From Chrysomallon squamiferum (Eukaryota; Animalia; Mollusca), in assembly GCA_012295275.1 (NCBI GenBank), contig CM022669.1, positions 15,252,001 through 15,316,000 of the forward strand: DNA of 64,000 nt, in the 5' to 3' direction. The position numbers and the translations under genes were made by a program. The notes under the pieces are model-generated. The model was not told the DNA's origin. It worked only from the letters and a program-made list of their open reading frames with translations, and searched no databases. Position 1 is the first letter of the stretch, and each line of letters begins with the position of its first letter. Shown here piece by piece: positions 14,301 through 30,268 of this stretch.

Positions 14301-15507
14301 ACGAACAAACCAAATTCTCATTCAATTATAGCATAGCCTGAAACGAACAAAAGCTTTCATATTAATGTGATCAGTGATTTATAGATGAAATGAGCAACGG
14401 AAAATAATCTAGGTTCGGCCAGAAAGATGACAATGAAATTCCCATTGAGTTAATGTGAATAAAATAATCAAGTAATTAGTTTTTGTTTATGATGACATGG
14501 AGAATTCGTTCATTTTCTATTAATTCAGTTCCAAGTGTAATGAATAAAAAAAAACAATAATTGTTGTTGTAACTATTGTAGTGATCATAGTAATAGTAGT
14601 AATAGCAAGTACTATTAGCAGTAATATCAGCGGTAATAGAAATTGTAGTAGTAGTAATAGTTGTAGTTGTAGTAACAATAAGAGCAATAGTAGCAGCACC
14701 ATCAGAAGTGGAAGTAGAAGTTATGGCATTAACAGATGTAGTAACAACATTTTGCGTGTGCGTATATGTGTGTGTATACAGTGGCTTCAGGCATCGTTTA
14801 CAACAGCAATAATAGACAGTGGCGGTAGTGGTACTAGTAAGTATTAGTAGTAGTAGTAGTAGTAGCAGCAGCAGCAGCAGCAGCAGTTGCAGTGACAGTT
14901 GTAGTAGTAATAATAGCAGAGGTGCTAGTGGTAGTCGCAGAAATAGTTATGACAACTAATGAATGTTTAACGATATCTTAAAACATTTATTACTTATTTG
15001 ATGCCATACAACAACACGTACTGGTTTTATCATGATGGTCTGAGAGGTTGTGATTGATTGGAAGAGAAAATATCAAACAGGACCAAAATTAAAACAGGAG
15101 AATATATGTGTGTATTCAGCGAAATATAATGATAACCTTCGACATACATACATACATACATAGATACATAGACATACACATAGACATACACATAGAAATA
15201 CACATGGACATACACATATACATACACATGGACATACACATATACATACACATACACACACACATATTTATAAAGGCCTAATTATGTAAACAGAGAAAAA
15301 AAAAATGAAAGTAATAAAAGGAATAATACATATACAGTCCTTTCCGTATTACTACTAATCGATTATTTCAACTGAAGAGCTTTTATTAATAAATTCTGTC
15401 GCTAGTCAATACAAAACTATTCTGTTTGTTGTGAATGGACTTTTAGTAGTACAAGGCGCTTTAACTACCTGTACTTGAAACATAGCATAAATTAATCGGC
15501 ATCGGCA

Positions 15508-16355
15508 TTAAAGATACACTAATATACATGTGTGTTTTACTGTGTCGTACAGTATGACTGAACATTGCAAAACATACGTAAATTTTAAAAATCATTTATG
15601 TTTTGATTAGAAGAGGTTTCGTCAACAGTTGGAAAAAGTCAAGATTATGTTAAACGCCTCCATCTTTAAATTTGCGAATTATTATTTTTTTTTTATTTAT
15701 TTTTTAAAGATAACAATTTAATATTTGTAGGTACAAAAACAAAATAAAAATAAAAATAAAATAATTTAAAAATATAAAATAAATAAATAAATTAAAAAAA
15801 AAAATAATAAATAAAAATAAATAAATAAAATAAAATAAATATTTTAGGAAAAAAAATTTGGAAAAAGTTTTATCTTTGAATTACTTGGTGTGTTTTTAAA
15901 TCGAGAATAAAATATCTATTTTTGTGAAGTTACAGGTATAATTGTTATGGTTAGAAAAAAAAAAAAGAGTCAATATTATAGAGAAACATCTTTATCTTTG
16001 AATTCCCATTTAAAACAAAAACATTTAAAAATAAAATAAACAAATAAATTTCGTAGTTAGAAAAAATCAAGATAGCTGGAGGGAAAATCTCTGTCTTTGA
16101 ATGTCCAGATGGATTCTGTTGCGCGCCAAAGTGAACGTTCACTTTGGCGCGCAGGGGGGGGGGGCGACTGCTCGTTTTAAAAGATAGTGTCAAGAATAAA
16201 AATTCGGTGATCAATTATAACAAAATTTATTTCGACACAATTATTAATTTTTTTATTTCGATCTGTAGATCCACACGTGGAATAAAAAAAAAAAAAAAAA
16301 AAAAAAGGGGTTTACTATATAATAAAAATATAGCAGTTATTAACAGCATCTTTAA
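15508..16355. mobile_element. Probable non-autonomous TTAA-targeting DNA transposon (Kolobok/piggyBac-like MITE)
   Basis: Left end TTAA|AGATAC (15508) and right end GCATCT|TTAA (16355) form short imperfect terminal inverted repeats with a TTAA duplication. There is an internal 34-bp perfect palindrome and no transposase ORF. Confidence 0.4.
16120..16153. repeat. 34-bp perfect palindrome TGCGCGCCAAAGTGAAC|GTTCACTTTGGCGCGCA
   Basis: Exact self-complementarity with no loop, followed by a G11 run. Confidence 0.97.
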
Positions 16356-16673
16356 ACAAACGTACGTACTGTAGTCAGAACGGATTAGAAAAGTGAAAAT
16401 GCCAAAGCAGACGATGTCAAAGTATTCACTGGTAATTTAATTATGAAATGACGATAGGTAATGGGGAAAATAATTTACTAGATTGAGAAGAAAAAAAAAA
16501 AAGAAGAAGAAAAAGAAACTGATATTAAAATGTTATCCTGAAACTCTTCTTTTATTTTTAATGAACGGTTAGCAGCTCACTATCTCGAAGGGGAAATTTT
16601 ACTTAAATAATACAATTTTAATGTCTTGTTTCTTTCTTTCTGATGCCACATATAATCTTTCCACCCACACCCC

Positions 16674-16728
<55 letters not shown>

Positions 16729-18112
16729 GAAAGTAAAATATAAAAAAGTAACAAACTTAGGCACAAAGCATTAACAACAATTAAATGAAACTCGTCAATT
16801 ATTATTATTATTGTTATTATTATTGGCTTACACAGGTATGCCACCAGGTACGGAAAAAAAACAACATATTAATAAACAATTAAATCACTTTTACCTGCAT
16901 TTAACGTCACACTCGCTAAAATCACCATGAAGACAACGCCCCAAGCAGGTGACATAGCGATTCCACCTTTGTTCTTCTTCAATCCGGGTAGTCGGGTTTG
17001 ATATCCTATGTTGGAAAGATTATCCGATTTTATAACCTGGAACATACAGCTGCAACAAAACAGAAAACATTTTGTTCTTCGTTCGTAAATCCTTCCTCTT
17101 CGTGAGCGTGCACTGCCTTTTAGACAATATCGTATCTTTCATTATTATTATTACTGTTACTGCCACATGCGCGAATGCGATTTGTAAACTGCGCTTTGTT
17201 CCATCGAGCCAAAAGTTGTTAATTAATGTCCGTTCGATTCCGCACGCGCCGGCGTAAATGGTTGTGACTTTTGGTCCAGAGTTATTAAATACACCTGTCA
17301 AGTTTACGTAATGTTTACAATGCCGTGTAAACTGGGAAACTCTGCTACTTAAACATATGTTTTTAATATTACGTATTTCACAAACACACACCTGGATTAA
17401 TCGTTTGTGTCACTGAACTAAAATTAAAAAAAAAAGAAAATAAGAAAGAAAAAAAAGTCCGTTATTTTGTCTCGGAACAAACGAGAAAAGCAGAAAGAAT
17501 CCACAAATGAAACTTCAGCTACATCTGTCGTAGTATTCAGTGTGCTTTCCGCTACCACGAGCTTCTGCTCCGATCATTAATACACACATTCGATTTTACT
17601 AAAGCATTTTTATTCCACCAGAGTAAACCAAACGCCATTTCCCTGTCGATATGTGTTGGTACCGGCCGAGCGCTAACAGGCGAGTGCTATATAACAGGTT
17701 GAAAGAGATCAAGTGGACGATCCCATTGATCAGCTTCGGGGGTATCGGGTTGCGAAAATAGGACTGCTGGATTCAAAATCTTAGCCCTTGATAATAGGTC
17801 CGTATTTGTTATAATCGAAACAGGTAATTACGTTCTCAAAACATTTTAGATTCCACTTCATATCGCTGGACAGCTGACAAATATTTTAAGCAGATAAAAT
17901 TAATATGTGTATTATCGTTGTTGTAATAATTTACGATACCATAGTAATTCAAGACAGAAACCGGATAATAATTATTATCTTACATTTACTTTACCTGAGG
18001 CATTAGTACGTAAACTTCAAAATAGAGCTTTCCAATTATTTTCTTAATACCTCAGTTATGGAACAGAATATGAAAGGTGCAAGAAAGTTAAAAGACAGAT
18101 AAGCTGATAAGT

Positions 18113-18201
<89 letters not shown>

Positions 18202-19652
18202 ATAAACAAATAAAATGAAAAGGGATAAAAAGGAAACGAAAAGACATTAAATATATTAATCGTATTTTCCAAACATTTAATAACTCGGGAATTAAATAGA
18301 AGTGGAAATATCATTAATAATAGTTTAAATAATGGTGGTGGTGGTAGTAGTACTATTAGCAGTAGTAGCAGTAGTAATACAGTTGTATAGTAGTAGTAGT
18401 AACAGTAATAGTAATAGCTATAGTAATAGTAGTAATACTAATAAAAAATTATAGTTTTATAGTGGTTATCAGAATTAACAATGGTAGTATCAGTAGCAGT
18501 AGTAGCCATAGCAGTAGTAGTAGTTCCTGTTGTTGTAGTGATAGTATTAATAGAGTAATAACAGAGAGAAAAATAGTAGTATTTGTAGTAATAAAAATAA
18601 AATTAAAAATACAAAATAGCAGTAATAATAATGTTAATGGTTCTAATAGTGGAATTAGCAATGCTAATTGAGGCAATGATGCTAGCAGTAGTAGTGGTAG
18701 TAGTAGCAGCAGCTGCAGTATAACAACTATAACGACAACGACAGCATAAGCAGTAATAACTTCAGTGTCTAGACTTGTAAATACATTTATTTTAACGTGC
18801 GATTCGTATTTTTACCGCTGTCTAAGACAGCATCAACAGAATACTTCCAGCACATTATCTCCTGTATTAAATCTGTTTATGTGGGAATCTGCTGTTGACA
18901 AGTTTTGCTAAGTACTTCAATCATCTTGATTACTGACAGTGTAAAGCCTGTTACAAGATATAAACTCCTGACCGAAGTCCATTATTGCGACAGCCAACCT
19001 AATTTTGCTCCGAAGATTGTTGATTTTCTAAATAAGGCACAAATGATTTACAATCTCATTTCACAATCTGCAGTAAGATTGCCCTTCGTCGTTGAACGTG
19101 TAGTCGGAAATAGCCGATTCCGAGTCTCGACGACGCGTGACATTTCGTTTGACCAATGACGTTTAGCGATGACGTTCGTTCGGATTAGTTCGGATACATT
19201 CGGAATGAATCGTTATGAAAAATGTATATGAATCGGAGTATGAACAAGATGTGTTTGTGTTTATTTGTGTTTGTTGTGTGTTTTATATGCATGTATGTAT
19301 CTCTATCTATTCCTATACTTTTCTGTTTCTGTAATTATGTTCATCGTTTTCTTTATATGAGTGTAGTTGTCTACTACCTATTACTATATTACAGAAGTAA
19401 AGAGTGGACTTTTATAATCTTAGAAATGTTAACCTTATAGAGAATGTACTCTCTGTAATAAGATTTAAACACAGATTATCATTATTCAGGCTTCCTACAT
19501 TTAGAAATAATTAATGATTATAGATTGTCGCTCGCCAAATTTATTAATTTTTCCTTCAGACGACAGTGTTGACAAAATGTTGATAATGATATCAATAATA
19601 ATAATGAAGATGATAATAATAACATAACGACCAGGATGATGAGAATGAACAC

Positions 19653-19695
<43 letters not shown>

Positions 19696-21009
19696 GAACA
19701 TATATTTCTTTTATATTTTTTAAATATTAAATATATATATATATATATATATATGTTTTGTTAACAAGCAGAATAATATTTTTCATTAATCCTACTTATA
19801 TTTTAATCATTGATATTGTGAGATGAGTAAGTTTTAGAGTATAATACATTACTACGTCGCAATGGCTAAACAGAGGGAAAGAAAATAAATCAGAAGTGTT
19901 TTTGTAAAGGCTTTTTCGGATGAAGACGCTCCAATACAGAAAACAGATGGTATACCACACAATTCCTATTACTGATAACAGTTGTTATAATCAAACATTT
20001 CACGTTCCAAAGTGTTTGTTCTAAAATACCGAGTTATGTCTAAGATGTTGATTTGAATAATTATGAGTTATGTTTTGGTTAACTTAATTCAGCACAGCTT
20101 TGTCGTGATGATGCGTCAGAATACCTGCGCTGGTTCAAATCATCCTTTCTTTATCTTTTTAACCTATCCTCTTCTTTTTTTTTTTTTTTTTTTCTTCAAT
20201 TCTTATGAATAATTTAGTATCACGTTTTCCCCTTCTCTCCCTTTAATTTAATTTCAGAAAACGTGGTTGGTGTCATTTTTCAACCGACCGTCCGTATATC
20301 TCTATTCATATGTTGCTAAAAATAGCGCTACGGGAATTCGTATTTGAAATTCAGCCAGACATAACTAATTAAAGAGACTTTCGCGTCAAGTCAAAAGATG
20401 GCGAAGGTTTCAACACTTAGCCCAGAGCGTTTGGCACGCGAGTGTAACTGATAAATTAATTTGCACTGTGAAACCATCTCTAATCAAATGAGTATTAAAG
20501 CTGTCGTCTTCGAGGTTTCTTCTGACGGTCTACTCGTCACAATAGCTGCAAGATAAAGACAAGCTGTTCTTTTCTTCTTTCTTTTATCCCCACATCCAGC
20601 CGCAGTTTGAAATTTCCTGTCACGTGCTGCTTTGACGAGAGTCACGTGTGGTTTTACGAGATTTTTTTTGTGATCCGGTTCTTTTGGACATTAAATCTTC
20701 TCTCCTCGTCTCTTCTTATTATTATTCGTCTTTTGCTTTTTTCTTTCTATTTTATTCGTTTGTTATGTTCGTATGTTTCTTTTTTAAGTTTTGTTTTGTT
20801 TTTAACTTTTTAAATTCCAATTAGATTATATTTTTATATTGTAGCGAAAATAAACATTATTTGTATCATCTAAAGATGTGCTTTCTAAAAATCAGTCAGC
20901 TTGTTTCTTTATTTGTTAAAATTAAAATATTATAAGACAGATTAAGAAATTAGAAAGAAAATAATGTATATAGTTACGTTATGTCTCCACAATTAAAATC
21001 TCATTAATT

Positions 21010-21080
21010 ACGGCTGCAAGATGCGATACCAGTACCTAGCCGTTATAACGTCAGTAACTTAACCATAGCGCTATCCGCGT
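21010..21080 (-). mobile_element. Possible tRNA-derived SINE head relic
   Basis: Minus strand reads GGATAGCGCTATGGTTAAG...GGTACTGGTATCGCATC: degenerate A-box-like and B-box-like motifs at tRNA-like spacing, but no foldable cloverleaf. Confidence 0.3.
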
Positions 21081-22176
21081 GCTTTCTAACTCAGTGATAA
21101 AAATCATCACAGTGTCCGTGCACAGTGACGTAATAATACACATCGTTACATATTAAAATAATTCCGTTGTCCAGGTGCTCCAGTAATCGGTATGTGTCGG
21201 ACAAAGTCAGCAGCGTAGTGCTAGACTAATACACATAAACTTAATTTACGTTTTTAGATAGAATGTAATGGTTTGTGAATGCCATTCACACACAAACTCT
21301 CAAATACAGACAGGTGTCCAGTTCACAAACTGTGACTATACATACATGAACACAGTACTGATTTCCAGATTAATTTAGAAATGTGTTCATTTTATTTTAT
21401 GTACAATTTAATGGTATCTGTGTGTTCCAGTCCGATTCACATAAATTAACGCGTTGCTTTATTTTTAACGATAAACTTTAATGTTTCAAGTACGCCACTC
21501 ATGGGTACGTTCATCTGCGACAGTTGGTCCAGACTAATTTGCGAACTGCGGGAACGGACGGAGATTCTGTACAAGGAAAACAAATCCGATTACAAGGAAA
21601 ACCTTTTGGCGCATCAGTTGCGATGGTCAGCTGACAAACTTGCGTGACATGTCAGAGTCGTCGCCGACGTCGAGATGACGTTTGTGATTAATCTTTGTTT
21701 CATTGCTGCTGCAGCCAGACAGCTGCTCGATTTCCAAATGAAATTACAGTATACATATCTTCCTTTTGTCCAAGGTTCGCGATGACTCGTATAGAAAAAT
21801 CCAGAGTGTTATATAACTATAATGATGTTTTTCACATTCTGGGATATATTCTGTAACGATTCTCCAAAATGTTAATAACTTCATAGGAAAAAAAAAATCC
21901 AATTTTGCTAAAGCTTCGGAGATTTTGTGATGAATTCGATTAAATCTTGCTTACTTGCATATCTTTTTGTTGCTATGCACCGAAATGGTATTTATTCAGT
22001 TGGAACTTCCTTTTGTTTTGTTTTGTTTTGTTTGTTTGTTTGTTTCTGTCTTTCTGTGTTTCTTTATTTCTTTCTTTCTTTCTTGTGTATTGTTACAACA
22101 ATGAATATTTAGAGAAACAACAACAACAAACACTGAAAGAAGACAGTGCGGAATGATAAACAAAAGGGAAAGAAGG

Positions 22177-22331
<155 letters not shown>

Positions 22332-25300
22332 GAGAATGAGATGGAAACGTCCATATATTCCTTTTTTTTTTTTGACGACAATAATAAGAGTATAGTTAAA
22401 GCTAGAAGTGAAAAGAATATACACAATAATATGTTCATTTATCAAAACACATCTGTCTCTTACAAGTACTTTTTAAATTCTGGTACAGAGATCACTTAGA
22501 GCATAATTTAATTCGGATAATAAAAATATTCTGCGACATTTTATCATCTACTATCCACGGAATCGGTTACATCACTCCAGTGTCACCTTCACCTAAAGTA
22601 AAAGCGCGGCTTACGTGGACATGCAAGATGGCGCTTTGAAGCCATTGACTTTGAAAGGAGACCCGTTAATTGCGTTAAGTGAACTGACTCAGACGTCATT
22701 AGTTTTGAGTGTTCGTTAATTTTCGATTGTTCTCGGAATCTAATCGGCCACGCAATAGACAGCGAAGATGACGTAGTGTTACGTTATCTAAAGAACTACG
22801 GAGTAAACATGGGGTTTACGTACTTTGTAGCAACGCATCTGCATCTAATTATAGTTAATATTATTCATATATTTATAAGACATTTGTTCCGTTGAAAGAA
22901 AGACAAATAATGAAAACAGGAAGATGAATTAAATACAAAGAGCTAGTTCAGTCCAGAGTCTATGGTCGCGGCAGAGTGTTATGATAATGATCCCTGTTCT
23001 GCAAACGGTTAACAGTGTAATCCAAACAATTGCAATAGAGGGATTCCTGTCTCATAAAAAAAAACAAATAAACAATAATAATAACAAATAAAATAAAAAA
23101 TAGTTCGAGGTCTTCCGCTGATATTCAGGACAATTATACAAGATGATGACATTTCATTTCACACCTGGTCATAACGTCAGTCCGGCCACCTATAAATGCT
23201 TCCAAAAAATACAGGTAAAACATAGAGACTAACGTATTCTAGCATACACTATGCCACCGTTAATATTAATGTTGTTGTGTGTGGGTGTGTGCATGTGTTT
23301 GTATTTGTGTGTGGGGGGTGGGGTGGGGGGGGGGGGGTGTGGGTGTGTTGACACGACTGCACTGATTAAGTGAAAGGCTGACAATTACACTTTAACACTT
23401 CAGACTGACATATGGTTTGGTTCTGTCAGAAAAGGCTAATTATAGTCTTATGGTTAAAGTAAAAATTGGACAAAACTGGTTCATTAGATATTCAATATCC
23501 TGGCAATTTTTGATATAATCACGATGGCCATTACCACAATGATTTCTGAAAAAAAAAGACATTTCCACAACAATAATAAACGTCTCGAGAGCATTATTAT
23601 GCAGCTTAAAATCCATTGTCAAATTTAATTTCTATAATCATGCGGAGTGGGGGGAAAATCTAATTACGGCTCGATATGGATTTTGAAAATTTTAACCTTA
23701 TCGAATTAAACTATTTTTTTTTTCTATTACAGTTAGTTATACAAGCCAGTCGAATATTTGTCCCAAATTGCCAGACAGTAATATTAAATTCTTTGTAGTT
23801 AAAATCAACATCGTCGTCAGTGATGCACGCAACGTCATTACAAAATGACAAAAACGTTCTCGAATATTCATCAAGAGACTGAATAACTGAACTGGCGCTT
23901 TCTCCGTGGCGGATACAGGATTTCAGAAGAGTAGGCGCGCAAATCATTTGTTGTGGGATGTGACTTTCAAACTGAAACGAATGGTGCACGTCCAGTGGAC
24001 GAAATTACTAGAAGTTTAGGTCTGTTGGCAGTTTGAGAAAGCTGAGAAAGCTTTGTCTTAAAGAGCCGATTTTTTAATTATATTTTTGAAGAGCTGTCGA
24101 GAGTAGACATGTCCCGAGACACTGTCTCTCTGGCAAAGTTCGTTACTAGTATAACTGTTGCTGGTTTCCAAAAAATACAGTTTATATTTTGTTAATTAAC
24201 ATTAATTACACCACGGACCTGTAGTGAAACATAATTAAAATAGTCGTTCAAAATAATAAATGTCCACACAAAAGATGAATATACAGAATTTCAACAAATC
24301 GAACTCTGGATGTCATTAAAAAAAAACCCAGACTAAAAGGTCAAAAAGCACTCTCTATTTATTCCCCTTTTTCTTCAGTCTAAAATCATTATCTATTGTT
24401 CTTCTTAAATATGTTCAACCTGGCATAACCCCGAACTTAACATGTCTGGTTTTACCATGACCCGAAGAAACAATAAACTGCACAACATATGACCTTCACC
24501 TCTGGTCAAGCAGGACGCAAAGGCAATAAATCCGGAAATTATTAGAAATTATCCGAATGTTTTGTTTGAGAACAACATACGGGTTTGAACACGCTGCGTG
24601 TATGTTATGGGCGGTGACGGCTGAGGAAAATACATAAAAAAAAAAAAAAAAGCAACGACTGAACAGGGAAACAATTTTCTCCCGCGTGGCAAGTGATTAA
24701 GCTAATAAGGCCAACACAGACCACTGACAGCCATTTTACTGCAATATCCGTGTGTGTGATTAATGGATCGGCGACTGCCAATTATCCCGTCCTAACCGAT
24801 CTCTCCCGGGTTCAGAGGTCTGGCGTCTTTCTCTTCCAGAAACCGTCCGAGAAACTCAATACGTTTCTCAGTCTGCGCGGACACGGGACGATAAAAATAT
24901 CCTCGTGTTAAGAAGATTATAATCTAAAACAAATCATTGACTTTTCGTACGAGCGTTTGACTTTATGACCAACCCTTTCTTAATACATAAGACTTTCCCC
25001 TCTGGTTTTTATTGTTTCAAACGCTGCCTAGGAGATAACGAAACGATTTGTCTGTAGCAACGCCCGACGGCTGCAGGTTAATTCCTGGTTAACGCCGATC
25101 CTGCCCTCCCACCAAGGCTGACCGGTTGCAGACAGATGCTATCTGCCCATCGTCTTATTGGTAATTACGGACTTTGCGCTGCTTTCGTTATTTTATACAT
25201 GCAAATGTAATTGCATTTTCCTTTCGGAAAAGGGTGTCATTTCTCAAAGTTGGCAAAGATTAAGAAAGAAAGTAATCATTAAAATAATAACATGATTTGG

Positions 25301-25574
25301 TCACTTAAAAGTCGGTGTTTCATTTCTTCAGGCGAAGCTTCCTGGAACGATGTTCAAGGACGAAGGTTTGAAAACCGTGCGGGTATTTCAGATTTATGTG
25401 TTACAGACAGATGGGTAGATAATGTGGTCTTAAAGGCTGATAAAAACAATAAGAAATTTATTTATTTATTTAGTTATTAGTTAGTCTTCTAGTTAGATTT
25501 TAGGTGGAGGGTTTAATTATAATTTTTTTTTTTGGCTGAGATAAATACAATTTTATTATTATTATTATTATTAT

Positions 25575-25619
<45 letters not shown>

Positions 25620-26936
25620 AAGTAGTAGTCGTAGTAGTAGTATTTCATTTTTTTTTAGCTACAACCATTTTGATTTGATTGATTTATTTATTTGTTTAAT
25701 CATTTGTTTATTTATTTACTTAATTTTACTATTATAAATTTTTATGAATATTTATGAACTAACATCTAAAACTAAATTTAGGATTAAATTCGTTCCGGTG
25801 AATTTCTAACCCCAAATTTTACTTTCTTTCCGTTGTTGACGACTTCATAACTTAGTTCGGGATTTTTTTTTCTGTGAGTATGTCGTCTTTGGCATTTCTT
25901 CTCTTTTTTCTTAGATTTCCTTCTAAATTATTACTCCCAATTTAGCAGTTTCTTTCGTAATCCAACATCTTTCGCTGCGGTTAATTTCATAATCGGATTT
26001 CTTTTCAAACCGATTTATTTTAATTTCGTTTGGCGACCTCCATTGTCCTGTATGTTAATGCGTAGTAATTTCCACCAACTCGAGGCGCCTGCCGCCATCT
26101 GCAAATGTGATTGTGAACCTCGATTACCGCATCTTTCAATTGACGAGGCCAGTGTAACGAGACTTTCTCAATACTGTAATTCGGGTTTCTACTAACCGCA
26201 TTCTACCAACAACAGCCTCTTAATTAGTTTACTCGACAAACGAGTAATACTGATCCAATAAACCAACAATAACAGTTCACATGTGAAGACAAGATGAGGA
26301 GATGCAAAACGTGTATAATCTTGGTAATATTAAATTATACATAATTAAGGAGTTACCCATTGACGTTGGTCCTTTGGAAAAAAAAAAACTTTCATATGCT
26401 CAAGAATAGGTGTGTGTGTGTGTTTATATATGCATCTGTACGTACGTACTTGTATGGATGGATGGATGGATTGTTTTTATTATTGTTATTCATTAATATA
26501 ATTTCACGGGCAATAGAGAAAAAATAAACATGTTGGAAACTGGTAATTGCCAAAATAAGATTTCCGTATACTTTGTAACATAAATATTAGAAAAAATACC
26601 AAAAACAATAACAACAACAACAACAACAAAAAAAGTCGCCACATGCTAATTAAAACATAATCTGCAATGCAGAAACAAAAAATAATACAAAAATGAAAAA
26701 TAAGCGAGGAAAATAAAAACGAAAAAAGAAAACTTTTGTACATTCCGATAACATTAACAATGATGATAACCTCAAAGTAGCTTTCTTGCACCATATAAAT
26801 TTCATAAATCTTTTTTCAGTTTGTATCTGTACAATCAATGATATGTTTTTCGCAATAAAGAAAAATACAATAATTAAAACAAACAAAACAAATCATTAGC
26901 ACGCAGATTCAAATAACCAATCTCGGAACCACAGTT

Positions 26937-26995
<59 letters not shown>

Positions 26996-28049
26996 TGTAA
27001 AGATAAATTGTATCAGGGTTTTTAATACTTATCGTCTACAGGTATACACCAACTCCTCTAAATAGAATAATAATAAAAATTATCTCCAAAACAAACAAAA
27101 TAAAGTAAAGTAAAGTGAAGCAAAGTAAAGTAAAGTAAAGAAAGATCATTTAAGGAAAAAACAACAAAAAAAAACTGCTACATATTATTTATACGGTAAG
27201 AAGAAAGATATATCTTTTAAAAAATATTTTTAATAATACTATTTATTTTGAAGAATGCTTCTTGCTGTGTGTTTGTTTGTGAGTTACTGGCCAACTTTCT
27301 ACCTCTCGTTTTGTCTGCTTATTTGAACTGTAATTTATTGGATTGTACGTCCTTTCTGTTTTAGCTTTCATTTCTTCTTTCTTCGTGATATTTCATCATT
27401 CTTTCTTCTATTATATTTTTTGACTTATTTATTACTTTGTTTTGCAAAAATTAAAACAACAACAACAACAGATTCAGTAATAATACAAAAGATAATTTTC
27501 CTCTATAAACACGTTTTTCAGAAACATGCATGCAAACACACACACAAGCTCAGACATAATACACTCACGTACACACAAATTCACACACAGAAACTCTCGC
27601 ATATATACATACACTTACACTAATACATACACACACCCTGAAAACTACAGCATTGAGCTACTTAAATCATTTAACTTCGCCAGTCTTTCAGAAATACATT
27701 TGTATCAGATGTTCTCCTTATGCAACGACAGGTTGATTTTTAATAAAGGTAATACTGACACGATCAAAGGACTAATATGGATACATCAAGGCAGTTATTG
27801 ACCGTTTCATATTGGGCTTATTATATGCGAATAAGATTAAACGGCCCATAAAACTGGTTCACACGCAGATGTTACCGCACTTATATGATTATGCTGTACT
27901 TAGCTGTAGAAAACGGTAAACATCTTAATGGTCACGAGCGAAGAACTGAGTTATTGAGCCGCGAGTAACACACGTCTTCTCTTTGTGGTTATCAGCCACT
28001 TCGTTCTCTCAGTGATATTTAAACTTTCCTAGATATAATTATTAATATG

Positions 28050-28757
<708 letters not shown>

Positions 28758-30142
28758 TCCGAATATATATGTGTGAGTATATGGCTGCATTAATGATTGA
28801 TTGTATAGACGGATGAATGGATGGATGAATTAATACCTAAACTGTACAGATAGATATGTGGTATATTTATAGAAAAAAAAATAACAGAAATATTAATTTT
28901 CTTTTAAGCAATAGTAGTAGTTGGTAATGATGGAAGTAATAGTAATAATGATAAATTATTAGTAGTAATAGCTGTTGCAATAGTATTAAATTTACATACA
29001 CACAATAATATAATAGATGCAGTAGAGGTAATATCACTTGTTGGAATAATAGTAATTTTGGTAGGAACAGTAACTAATAATAAAGTGAAAGAGCAGTAAT
29101 GTTAGAAATAGTGGTAGTAATAACAGTAGTTGTAGTGGTAATGATAGTGTGTGTATATGTATACAATATATAGATGTTGGTAGAAGTAGTCGTAATGGTA
29201 GTAGTAGTTGTTGCATTAACTTATAGGTATCGGCAAATGTTTGTGGTCTGTCCAACACAAAGGTAAAATGTTAACATAATAAAAACACATTTTTTTTTTT
29301 TTTTTTTTTTTTTTAGAAAAAGATATAAAGAAACCCAATACTATTACGTGAACATTTTACAGAATCTGGGTTATTAATTATTTCTGTCACGGTGACGGAA
29401 CTGTGGATTAGTGAATAAGAGTTGATGAAGGAAATTTCCGAGGCTGTCAGTCGTGGCGCCGTGGTGCCAGTAACCCAAGGGCCGGGCCTGCACCGTGTTA
29501 GAAAGAAGCAGACGTACCTAACAGCGGTGCTAGTGCTAGCAGACGCAGAAGAGTTCCAATAATAGCAACGTCATTAAGCAGGAGCAGGGAGAGCCCATTG
29601 GCTGATAGATATAATAAAACATATTTTAACTTCACCATAAACTGTTACTGTGTTTGGACAGAATAAGACGCACCGTCTTGAAAGGAAATCGTAAAAGCTA
29701 ATAAATGCCGGCTTTTTTTTTCTTTTTTTTTTTTTTTTTTTATGAAATCGCTTTGAGCTCAGATTACTTGAAGAAATATGATTTATTTGCGTTCTGATTT
29801 GCAATATCGGTTATCGGTGGATTTAGATCGATAATTAATGGATGGGATAGACCAAAGGTGAACGCGGCTTAATCCGTATAGAGTTAGTGTTTAGAAGTGT
29901 CCCGGCAACGTAATCCGTCCGGCTGTAATATTCAGTGCGCGTGTTGTGTCTTTTTGCTTTATTTCAGTTGTTGCATGTCATTCATAATCTGTTGACTGAA
30001 GTGAATCAATTAACTGAGTGTCCGTAAAATATGAGAGGGAGATAGTTCATGTACTGCTTATACGTACACACAAACGTGTGTGTGTGTGTGTGTATATAAT
30101 TGTATTTATTTATTTATATACAGACACACATATACATATATA

Positions 30143-30173
<31 letters not shown>

Positions 30174-30176
30174 GAC

Positions 30177-30268
<92 letters not shown>

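Noticed and set aside
21010-21080. tRNA gene
   Set aside because: A/B-box-like motifs are degenerate and no cloverleaf can be formed; kept only as a possible SINE relic.
23313-23343. G-quadruplex-capable G-runs
   Set aside because: Embedded in a GT microsatellite with no functional context; likely slippage-derived.
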